DNA of 63,678 nucleotides, filler included, from Folioceros fuciformis (lineage: Eukaryota), in the NCBI GenBank assembly GCA_049999805.1. It is 8 parts of 8 records of this genome, joined end to end, with 100 filler letters (N's around TTAATTAATTAA, not from the genome) between each part and the next. Parts side by side here need not be neighbours in the genome. Positions count along the whole stretch, not along the records: positions 48,874 to 58,846 come from JBNGIO010001708.1; positions 58,947 to 62,186 come from JBNGIO010001711.1; positions 62,287 to 63,678 come from JBNGIO010001738.1; 5 more parts are not named here. The stretch is one strand, 5' to 3'. This document shows positions 53,340-63,678 of this stretch, piece by piece (position 1 is the stretch's first letter; each line of letters starts with the position of its first letter). Under the pieces are notes generated by a model that saw only the letters and a program-made list of their open reading frames with translations, made no database searches and was not told where the DNA came from. A program made the translations under genes and the position numbers.

Positions 53340-56300
53340 ATGGACAGTCGTTCGCTGCTGGTCGGTGACAGCAGTGACGACATTGATAGCGTAGTAGAGG
53401 ATCGGCCAAGGTGGAGGCGCACCTTGAGCGCAATAAAACATGCGAATGTGTTCAAAAGTAGGTCGGATGCGCTGACACAGGGAGACAAATATGAGAAGGC
53501 TGCTGCTATGGTGGATTTGGTCCGTTTCACGTCTGAGTCCATTGTCAATCTCTTCGCAAGAATCATTTCTGTCCTATGAAAGGCACAGTTTGTGACCACT
53601 GAGTCCGCCTCGTGCGTACAGGCGGAAGATGGAGTTGGCATTCCTACAGAAGTTCTTGAGCAGGCGGACTTTGACACAGCCGCTGGGCGCTACTTTCTGT
53701 ACACGAAATTAATCTTTCTATGGAATTTGAACTTGTTTGCACTTGTTGCCCTTAACTTTTTCGAGGTAATATTAAGCTTTGGAGAGTAGGTGTTGGAGTT
53801 ATTCTACATGTCCTCCGTGCAGAGAATCTTATCCTCGGGGAATGATTGCAGGTTCCCTTGTGGTGTAAGGGAGCCTCGCCCAATCCATGTGGCAGTAAGC
53901 AGCAGTTTTTTCTGGGTGATCTCCCCTACCTGTCGAGAGAAGGGTCTATTGCTTACGAGGTCTGTTAATGTCGCTCTGGCCGTCATTCTGCTGGTCATCG
54001 CGTGTGCAGTTTGTTGATACATTGCTTTGATGAGCTTGCAAATCTTACGAGCTCTGCACGGAGATAGTGGTTTAACTGAACCTTGACTGCCTCTTGGGAT
54101 GATTAGGTGGTGGTGCTCGTCGTTCTCGCTATCTACACTTTTGCGCCTATTTCTTATACGGGGAACAAACTGTTCTGGCGCAATCATGTTGATTTTGCGA
54201 AGGTGTGATTAGTCTTTACTAAGTCCTTTGGATTTAATGAAATTTTTTGTACTTCATCGTTATCTCCCTGGTCCCCAGCACCTAGGCTGGCATTCTAATC
54301 TTCTGTTCTCTTCCAAGCAGGCAGTGTTCTTTGTGCTTCTGTTGCTTGATACAATTGTCAACATCTTGTATGTGTCACCTTCTGGGGCAATCAATACCTT
54401 ACCGTTTCGGCTGGCACCATACCTTCGGGTGATCATTTTTGGCCTCAACATCAGGTAAATGAGCAATCATGAAGTCGTCCAATTGGAAAGTTGTTGGAAG
54501 AACCTCTGCACTGTAAAGATATTTGTGTGCAGGAGTTGGATGTTTTGTTTGTCTTTTCTCTTCTCCATGTAGTGCCGTAGATCGAATCGGCTGTCCATAA
54601 GGCAATGTGTGTCTGTGCAGGGAGCTAAGAGAGTGTACCCGCACCTTACTCGGCATTATTCCATCCTTCGTGGACACTTTTGTACGAACTCACCTCGAAC
54701 TTTTTCTAATATGATGAGCTCTGTGTGATCTAGAAAATTGTGTGACTCGTTATGCTCCCTTGGTTATGGGACTGGATCGTTATTCTCAGCTTGACCTGTT
54801 TGCCATCTTTGCCGGACCAAACTTATCATCTACAGTGACAGCTAGTGGTCACTTATCACTCGTGACTGGGACATAAGATTATCCTCTTTGTTCTAAATTG
54901 ATTCTTTTTTCCATCCTGTTTGCAGGCTCTCTTACTCATCTATGTGTTCTTTTCAAGCTGGGTGGCATATATTTTGTTTGAAGATACAAGTCAAGGCTGG
55001 ATATATTTCACAACCTACTGGACGACCCTTTACCAGATGTTCATTCTATTCACGACAGCAAACAATCCTGATGTTTGGCTACCGGCATACAAGTATGATA
55101 CTGCAGCCTGTATATTTCTAAAGCCACAATTCGTGTGAAACTCTCAGGATCATATCCTGTGCAAGTTGACATGGTGTTGACCTAACTTTTGTGTCGGGTA
55201 TTGATAAGTGTCTTCCTCCCTTGGCAGGGCATCTCGATTTTCAAGCATTTTCTTCATCCTGTACATACTTTTTGGGGTCTACTTCATCTTTAACTTGATC
55301 CTGGCTGTTGTGTACAAAGGTTTCAAAGAGCAGGTACTATCGTCTCTCCAAGCAGTTCGTTTTGTGAGGGGCTGTGGTCACGTCGTAAAGTGTGGTTACG
55401 GTGTAATGTGTATTGTATCTCATACTACGTCTTAGCAGCACGGTCGGCCTGGGATTTCTAGGTTACTAGAACAGTATCACCGTTTCCTCCCTCAGATTAT
55501 GTATTCACTGCTGTGTCTTCGTGCTTCTTGCAGTTTGCTCGACAGTTGATGGAATCAGAACAGAAGAGGATAGAAGTACTGGACAAGGCTTTTGGGATTC
55601 TTGACTCACAGGTGATTTGGGTGGTCACGTTTAAGCTTCTCATGTGGTGATGTACCTAATTGTATTGCCAAGATTTCAAGGTGCAGTCAGCGGCATTGGC
55701 ACGTTCTACAGACCTAACGTTCCTTACCGAGGAAAAGTCGTCTGAGATGGAACTCTGCCATGTGCATGTGCGCAGAAAAAAGGCTATCTCGATATTGGAC
55801 AGTGTGCACACTTGTTCAAGCAGCTGAATACTTACAGGTACTGCTGGAATACATGTTTCATGATATTATCTTTTGCTATCCCAGGCTGACAGTTTTGCTG
55901 CAGGACACTGCCAAAGGTTGCAGAAGAAGATATGGAGAAAGTGTTTTACGCATTGGACGACAGTGGCGACTTTAAGGTCCGTGCTCACTCGGTATCTGGT
56001 GAATTTGGTGAAGCTGAGGCGCCTCATGAATTTTGCAATACCGTTGATTGTACTTTCCAAGCTTCAGCTGCACAAGAGTTGAGTGTAAGCAGATACGTGA
56101 CTTTGCTCATTTGCAATTTGTATGTACAATGGCACAGATCAACAGAGAAGAATTTGCAGATCTGTGCTCAGCCCTCACACTTCAATTTGAGAAAGCACCT
56201 GTGGTAAGAGGCTCAAGCTTCCTCACGGCTGAGTAATAGTTGATCTGTACCCATGGGTTTAGATTTTTTTCTTTTCTTTTTTAATCAGCTTAAATCTGTG

Positions 56301-58470
56301 CTCTCGTTAGCGCTGATATAGATTCCCGCTTTCTGAATTTATGTGCTGAAGCCATCTTGGTTGGAATCTTTCCCCGTAATTTACACCTCGGGGATATGGT
56401 GTCGGGTGAGAGACTTTGTTCACAGCAAGACCTTCGAGTGGGTAATTGAAGGACTCTTGGTTTTCAACTTGGTGACTGTTGTTATTGAATCCTACGTAAG
56501 GCCACTTGCTCTTTACTGAATGATTTGAAGCCTAAATTTGGTAGCCGAGAAGCACAGTCTCTGAGAAGTCAATAATGGGTTTGCAGCTAGATGTGATCAA
56601 TGATAATGCAAGCCAGAAATTTTGGCAGAAAATCGAGTTTGCACTTGGTCTGATCTCACTTACCCCTCCTCTGAGTTTCTTGGCACCCCTTTGTACAACT
56701 TTCGTGTATAACGAAGGGAGGACTCTCTGACTGCTTGTTTGATTGCAAATTTTGTGCAGGCTGGGTGTATGTTGTGGAAATGGCGCTCAAGGTCTCTGTC
56801 TACGGTTTTACAAATTACTGGCGAGATTATCAAAATCGTTTCGATTTTTTGATAACCTGGGTTGTGGGTGAGTTTGTGGTCCTATTTCTGCTGCTGCTCG
56901 AACGATCTTGATGGATCCTTTGTTTACGCCACACATTCTTGGATGCAGCCGAAATTTGTGAAAGGCCAATTTGTCTGATACTGTTCTGATGTTTAATGCA
57001 GTCATAGCGGAAACTTTGAACCTATTTGATCTACCTATTTTCTCCAACTCGGAATGGTAGGTGGTTGAGACCTCGGAACACAAGCTAAACTTTGTGCTAG
57101 ACTGGTATCAAACTCGCATGTCTACTCGCAGGATTCGGTATCTGCTCATAGCCCGGCTGTTGCGACTCACAAGGCTTTTGATGCTGGCTGAGCGGTATAG
57201 AGTGGTCGTGGGGACGTTCTTAAAGTTGATCCCAAGCTTATCGCCCTACCTGGGGGTGATCTTCTGTCTGATGTGCATTTATTGCTCCCTTGGTATTCAA
57301 GTACGTCAAGCTCTCAACTGATTGATTGGAAGTGACGAAGCAAACAATGTCACACATGTTTGAGGCTCGTTTTCTCAAGGTTGGAAGTGCCTGGTTTCTG
57401 ATGGCAGATCTTCGGAGGGTTGGTGTATTCTGGCAACCTCAAACTTGAGGAGACCTCGATGTGGGACAATGGGTATGCTCCACTTTTTTTTGAGGTCGTG
57501 TAGGAACTTGTGGTAAACTAGGAACTAAGTCTTCTTTCAGTAAAGTCGTTCCTTGAATTAGCACGTGGCCGGAGGTAAGCTCCGTGATAGACTCTCAATG
57601 CCCTTCACAAATTGCAGGTATCACGAGACAAATTTCAATGACTTCGCCTCGGGCATGGTGACTCTTTTTGACTTGATGATATTGGGCAACTGGCAAGTTT
57701 GGATGGAGGTCAGGTTTTTGTCGGCATACTGGCTTCCAACTTAAATTATCCTTGTTGTCTGAGTTTCCGCTAACACACTTCGTCTTGTTAGCATGCAGAG
57801 CTATGCATACCTTACGCACTGGACTGCAACGTTTTATTTCTTAAGCTACTACGTGATTGCAGTCCTGTTTCTACTAAATCTGGTAAAATTCAAGAGAGTC
57901 CTAACGCACGAGAAGCTGAAAGTTTGAGTGAACATGGGTCCATAGTCTGGTCGGAGGTCGTTGGTATGCACTCGGTACCAGCGTTCTGTGTGCAACCATA
58001 AGTTGACGATGGTTCGTGTATGGTTGCGTTGCGTGCAGGTGGTCGGCTTCGTCTTGGAGGCATACTTCGCTGAGCGTGACTCTTTGACTGAAGAGGAATC
58101 TGAGGACGATGCAGGCGTCACGAGCAAGACGGTCAGTACAGTACTACGGAATATGCTGAAAATTGAGGGCTGTTAACTTTGGATTTGCTTGATCATTTTT
58201 TAACTGGAGCCTATCGACGTGTACAGAGTGACGTGCGACGAAGGGCTAGAAGGTCAGATGTTTCCCCACATTCACTAACTTCGAGCACCGCAGATAAAGT
58301 CTTTTAGATTTTGAGAAATCAGCTTGATCTTATACTAACTGGACACTGCGCTTTCTGTCAGGGCCAAAAGTGGAAGCGTGCAAGCTCTCCTAAATCGCAT
58401 GATGAGCGAGGAGTTGAAGACTCTGCAGGAGAGTAAAGGCAAAGTTGATTTGCTGAAAGACGGCATATGA
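53340..58470 (+). CDS. TPC1: Two-pore channel (TPC1 family), about 20 exons
   Basis: N-terminal dileucine motif [33 protein letters not shown], pore 1 [13 protein letters not shown]-hands ([18 protein letters not shown]), S10 [15 protein letters not shown], pore 2 [12 protein letters not shown]; stop TGA at 58468-58470. Confidence 0.95.
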
Positions 58471-58719
58471 TTGGACGACTGACTATACATGTGTGGCGTG
58501 TGTATGGCGCTTCCGTTTGGCGTCCCAAAGGACCGAATTGCAGTTCACTTTTTTCAGTATTATATATTTATGGGGTAGCTTTGGGAATATTTATTTGACA
58601 GACTAGATCCGCTCCAGGTCTTCCTCACTTGTCACCAGAAGAGTCACGGAGGCCCGGAGCTGACGTAACAGTGAGCCCCGTGGGTCGGCCTCGGGGCTCC
58701 CTCCTCCACAACTTGGCTA

Positions 58720-58840
58720 GGTAGGGCCCCAACCTTGGACGCCCAAACATGGGCCCAATCGTGGACGCGGTTGGCAGGTGCGTGTAAAGTTTGGCTTTGG
58801 GGCGGGCCCAAGTTTAGGGCCTAAAATTGGGCCCGCCCAC
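58720..58840. promoter_or_regulatory. Cluster of site II-like (TGGGCY/GGCCCA) motifs; probable promoter of a gene beyond the gap
   Basis: Several GGGCCC(A) and TGGGCC motifs within 120 bp at the contig end. Confidence 0.45.
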
Positions 58841-58846
58841 TGGTTC

Positions 58847-58946
58847 NNNNNNNNNNNNNNNNNNNNNNNNNNNNNNNNNNNNNNNNNNNNTTAATTAATT
58901 AANNNNNNNNNNNNNNNNNNNNNNNNNNNNNNNNNNNNNNNNNNNN
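58847..58946. other. Artificial contig linker
   Basis: N44-TTAATTAATTAA-N44. Confidence 0.97.
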
Positions 58947-60194
58947 GTTGGCATACCAAAGCGGAGGAATGGGCAAACTAGCACTTACTGGCTATACAGA
59001 TGTCGATTGGGCATCTGACCCATATTCAAGAAAGAGCTTGAGCGCACACTAGTTCCTCCTGTCTTCAGCCGCAGTGAATTGGAGCTGCAAGAAGCAGACC
59101 TCCATAGCCACTTTCTTCCATGGAGGCCAAATACAAGTGTCTTACTGACGCCTCCAAGAAAGCTGAATGGGAAAGAGCTCTTCTATCTAACATAGGCCAG
59201 AAATAAGATCAGCCCATGCCTTTGCACTGCGACAACATGTTAGCTATGGCATTGATTTGAAATCCAAGATTTCACGCCAGAACAAAGCATATAGAGATTC
59301 ACCATCACTATATCCGTGATGTTGTGGAGCGTAAGGTGGTACAAGCCAGATATGTGCCTACTGAAGATAACCAAGCAGACCTGTTGACAAAGGGTTTGCC
59401 CAAGGTGTGGCATTATCAACATATGCAGAGAATGGGGCTTGTAGACTGCTTACCATACCTCTCTGCTGCCCAAGTTTAAGGAAGGACTCATCTGATAGAG
59501 GGAGCCTCTTGCTGAACCGCACGGATGAAGCCCTAACGTGCATCCAATCGCTCGGCCTTGAGCGATCCTTCTTTTTCGTATCACCATGCTTCTCAGCACT
59601 TCACTCCAGTGATAGTCGATCTCATTTCATTGTCATTTAGCCCCTAATTGCTAAGTTAGGTTATGCTCACTTAAAAGGGAGTGTTAAGAATAGGTTTGAT
59701 TAAGTAACCCATAACCCTAGTTAGCAATCAGTTGAGTTAGGTTAACTCCAGCATTACCCCGAACACACACACCCTTAGCGAAGAGGTGTCCCAAGTACCT
59801 ATATAAGAAACACTTACCCTTGTATTTTATTATTATGCTCAATAGTAAAGATATGGTTTAAGAGGAAATTTAGTAGCATCTACAGGAGGTGGTTTAAAGA
59901 GTAGCATCTAGAGGAGGTGGTCCACGAGTCGTCAGTGGACTACGAGCTATTTGGAGCCTCTACGAGCTATTTGGAGCCTAGTGCTGAGTTGTGTGAGAGC
60001 TACTTGGAGCCTAGTGCTGAGTTGTGTGAGAGGGAGTGAGTGATTTATAAGAGTGATTATTGTTGCGACTCTGTAATTGTTGAAAGTTATGCATATGAGG
60101 TTGTATGCGGCTCATTTATTTGGCTGCTTTGAATGGAACGTTGATGTAAAAGTGTAACTCGTATCATAATATTCACATAATTAAGATCAATACA
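58947..60194 (+). mobile_element. 3' end of a degenerate Ty1/copia LTR retrotransposon: RNase H (58947 to ~59410), PPT (~59673-59681), 3' LTR (~59682-60194)
   Basis: GYTDVDWASD..SRKS, WSCKKQTSIA, LHCDN, NPRFHARTKHIEIHHHYIRD and NQADLLTKGL, with stops and a frameshift. AAAAGGGAG is followed by TGTTAAG, with a TATATAA box and internal repeats; the ...ACA end is approximate. Confidence 0.88.
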
Positions 60195-60219
60195 GGAAAC
60201 ATTCAGCCAAATACATACA

Positions 60220-62186
60220 CGTACTAAATGCCACGGAAGGCCACGCAGGCCCTACACAATGAAGAAGACCTGAGGGAACGCAGTCTCCAGACCGGCACCC
60301 AATCCACATCATTCAAAGGCAACACCCTGACCTTCGTGATATTCACTGAGACGAACCACAGTGGTCCAAAGGCAATCCTCTTAGCGTCATCACACCTCAA
60401 TCGACCCTTCAGCCCGCAGGCATCCTTAACTTAAAGAGGAATTGCTTAGAAGCTTCATCGGCTTTAGGTCTTCAGGTGTTCTCGTGGGATGCGCAAGAAG
60501 ACTGTATGCTCTTTGTTGCTCTCCACTAAGATCCTCCCCGTCACTAAACTCTGTCTCGAGGATGTCCTTGTCTACCTCAAGAAACTCCTCATCTTCAGCG
60601 GCAGGTCTATTCAAGTCCAGCTCTGCAGAGTCCCACGCACCTATCAGACGGTAATTCAGAAGGCTAAAGGAAAACATGATATCCAGAGCAAGCCAAGACT
60701 AAGTCGTGATCCAATGCCTAAAAGGGATCAGTTGAACAAGATACGTCTCAACAGACCAGAAAAAAATCAGACGTCGTGCCAGCAGTGTGACTAAAGAGGA
60801 CTCAGGCTATATTGGCACAGCAGGCCCGAGCTGGAAATGAACGCACATCCCCTAACACAAAGTAGGCTCTCAATCCGATTGAGACAACATTGGAAATAGC
60901 CTCTACTTGCAATCAAATCTTTGTGACATCCGAGAGACAATCCAGCTGCAATTCTCATGTACTGAAATTAACTAACTGGTTGCGTTCAATAGTTTGAAGT
61001 GCGTGAGACAAGGACACAAACAGCAAAACATAACAGAATCCCACTCACCAATAAAATCATCCCGACTGACACTTGAAAGAGGAATGCAGTAGAACGGATC
61101 TACCCAGCACCAGCAAATAGCTTTACCCAGACTGCAGTTGGCAAATTTTAAAATAGACCAACCGTCACGTGAGGTGACGCTCCTCAAAGCACCGACGGAT
61201 GCTACTTCACCAATATCAACGATACTACACCCAGCATCTTAGTATCGGGTGATAGGATAGCCCTTCCCCTGCCAACTCAATGCGACACTGGTGTCTGAGC
61301 TAGACAACTGCACCCGAGAGTTGGCTTGACTACATCCGTTTCTGAAGTTCCATACAAAGACAGAAGTTGGCCGTAGTGGTACCCTCGCAGTATCTCTATC
61401 CCCAGTGCACTTCCTTCAGAAATGAATCTATGTTTTTAAGAAGAAGACTGGCCACTACCTGTAGCTTCAACACTTTGGAATTTCTTGTTCCTGATTCCAC
61501 ACCCTCCAGTCTTGCAGGTTCTTTGTCCAGAAGGATAGTGTTCTCTTACCTCACACCCTATCACAACAACATAGAAAACGTATCATCCAGCATAGGCACA
61601 AAGATTTTTCTACAAGCAGGCGAGCGAGCAGACACAAGAATTATGGGCTGGACATTTGATTCAAAAAAAAAAAAAGCAGCAACTTACACTAGCTAAATCA
61701 ATTGAACTACATGTGCCCTTACCTTCCTCAAGTGACCATGGAGCTGCAGCTAGTAACCAAGACGGTAGCTGGGTAAATGCTCTTGTCTTTATTATTGAGG
61801 GCGTCTCCTTCTCCTGGCTTGACACAAAGTCTACGGGCATTAAAGGGTGACAGATCTCAGACACACCACAGGCCCGACGCACATCTACTAGACCGAGGGT
61901 TGAATCGCATCTTGGCAATCTAGACACCACTAGATCCCTTCCACCACTTACTTCATCATCCTCTTCAATAACTAGATCCGTTTCTGCCTCCTTACCACGC
62001 ACCATCTTTCCAATTCTTTGGGCGGCAGCTAATTGGTCACCAGAAGAAGTAGCAAGATTCTCACTGTTGCATCCAGAGCCTGCATTTGTCAGCTGCATTG
62101 CTGCAGATGAAAAGCTGGCTCCTGAACTACTACGGGACTTGGAAGACCTTTCCTGTTGCATCAAATCTGCCCCTCCATCTGTGCGT
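60220..62186 (-). other. Unassigned, possibly decayed coding sequence
   Basis: Ser-rich 167-aa ORF ending near a GTAAGT donor, an acidic ORF (60426-60677) and intervening frames interrupted by stops. No family recognised. Confidence 0.3.
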
Positions 62187-62286
62187 NNNNNNNNNNNNNN
62201 NNNNNNNNNNNNNNNNNNNNNNNNNNNNNNTTAATTAATTAANNNNNNNNNNNNNNNNNNNNNNNNNNNNNNNNNNNNNNNNNNNN
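62187..62286. other. Artificial contig linker
   Basis: N44-TTAATTAATTAA-N44. Confidence 0.97.
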
Positions 62287-62631
62287 TCCCCGCACGCCCA
62301 GCTGCCGCTCCGCATGGCTGCGCACCTGCCGAGGGAAATCGCACACTAACGCCGGCTGGCTGCCGTCGGGAGCCTTCAGACTAGCGGCTCCGCCTCTCGA
62401 ATGCTGCGCCGCCCAAGGAGTCGAGGGCGTCGAGGGCAGGGCCGCCCCATAGCCCGCCGCGGTCCTGTCGGGAGAGGGCCGCACTGGAGCGGGCGGAGTG
62501 GCGGGAGGCAGCGCACCTCCTCCCCGTCCTCCTCCTCCTCCTCCTGCAGCTGTGGCTGCTGATGCCTGGAGTCTGGCATCCCGTCCCCTGCCAGACCCGC
62601 CCAGGAGCTTCGCCTTTGCGGGAGAAAACAT
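62287..62631 (-). CDS. NUP133: Nucleoporin NUP133, N-terminal part (remainder lost in the gap)
   Basis: MFSPAKAK...PPATP...PDR...TPSTPWAA...QPALVCDFPRQVR resembles the plant NUP133 N-terminus (MFSP...TP..PDRP..TPAPWAP...PVFVGEFPQ). Confidence 0.7.
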
Positions 62632-63678
62632 CCGTGTGATCTGCCTGCGAGCCCTATTGACCCTCCCATTCCACTCCCATCGCTTCTTGCTCGCCCAGCC
62701 GTTTGAATGCCTCGCAGGCGGAAAGGAAAGCCTACCGCATTTCCGAATTGCATCACAAAAACAATGCCACACAAACACACGACTGTGGATAAAAATAATA
62801 AATATTTTAATATTTTTACTTGAAAATATAAGCTTTTTAAGCTTTTTATCACTTATTATAGATATATAAAAATATAATAATACAATAGCAAGCTAGAGAT
62901 CTTACTTAATAATAAACTAAGATATGCCAAGTACGTTTATAAAAGTTCTTTCCATTCTCAACTTGGAATATAGAAAGCTAATAGCTTTATACACTTTGAA
63001 ATCAACCTTACTCTGAACCTACCTAATATAAATATGAACGAGTGCAAGTTTTTAAGACCTCAAGCAACATCTTCAACCATGCTAATCTATAACCTAGCTA
63101 GTAAGTGCAAGGTTTTTAGATCTTAAACACTCTCTTCAAGCTACTTGATACATAACTCCATAATATGATATTGTTCATAGATTTAGAGAAACAATTCATA
63201 GAATTATCCACTGCCACAAGAAAAACATGCCTCTATGGTACAGAAAAAAAATACATTTTTGAATATGAGGACAACATATCATGTATTCATCATAATTTTT
63301 GTGATATGAGATGTTTACAATAATATTTTTATTTTATTTATTTAATTTATAGTCACCCATCTCATGATGTACAGCTAGTATAGAATGAAAACAGGTTGAA
63401 AACCAACACTGAATCACACCAAGAAAACAAGATGAACTTAACAGTCCAATCACATGAAGACAACATTGTTAAGTTAAAACCCAACATTAAACCATAGGAA
63501 GCAAGCAAGACAAATTTACCCGACATTGAGTCGACTCAAAAACAAAGCATGAGTATAAGTATGGAGCCGCAAGGAGTGTTAGGAAGTGTTTCTTTTCCAT
63601 CTTCTTTCTCAAATCAGGATAACATACGAATCATACATCAAGGATGTAAAAACGACGGCTTTGTGTTCACTATGTATA

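Overview
Eukaryotic, gene-dense nuclear DNA from a land plant. The short introns (about 80-100 nt), a PLS-type RNA-editing PPR and divergent orthologues suggest a non-seed plant such as a hornwort, other bryophyte or lycophyte; this taxonomic call is inference. The window is eight contigs joined by seven identical 100-nt artificial linkers (N44-TTAATTAATTAA-N44), so adjacency across linkers is not evidence of real linkage. Genes reconstructed by hand, in order: casein kinase 1, an intronless IFRD-like gene, a DUF1350 hydrolase, a WAT1/UMAMIT transporter (partial), a P-class PPR, PIN1-type parvulin, NDC80, a PLS-E+ PPR, endonuclease V, an unusually long class-B HSF, TEX1/THOC3, TPLATE, a TPX2-like gene, a conserved uncharacterised protein (partial), OTP51 (partial), a two-pore channel and NUP133 (5' part). 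Mobile DNA: a 5'-truncated CRE-like non-LTR retrotransposon with a restriction-like endonuclease and a candidate ~45-bp target-site duplication, and the 3' end of a Ty1/copia element with its LTR. I found no convincing new multi-gene system. The best leads are the CRE-like element, the TPC with non-canonical selectivity-filter residues, the 706-aa HsfB, and the head-to-head PPR-E+/EndoV pair.
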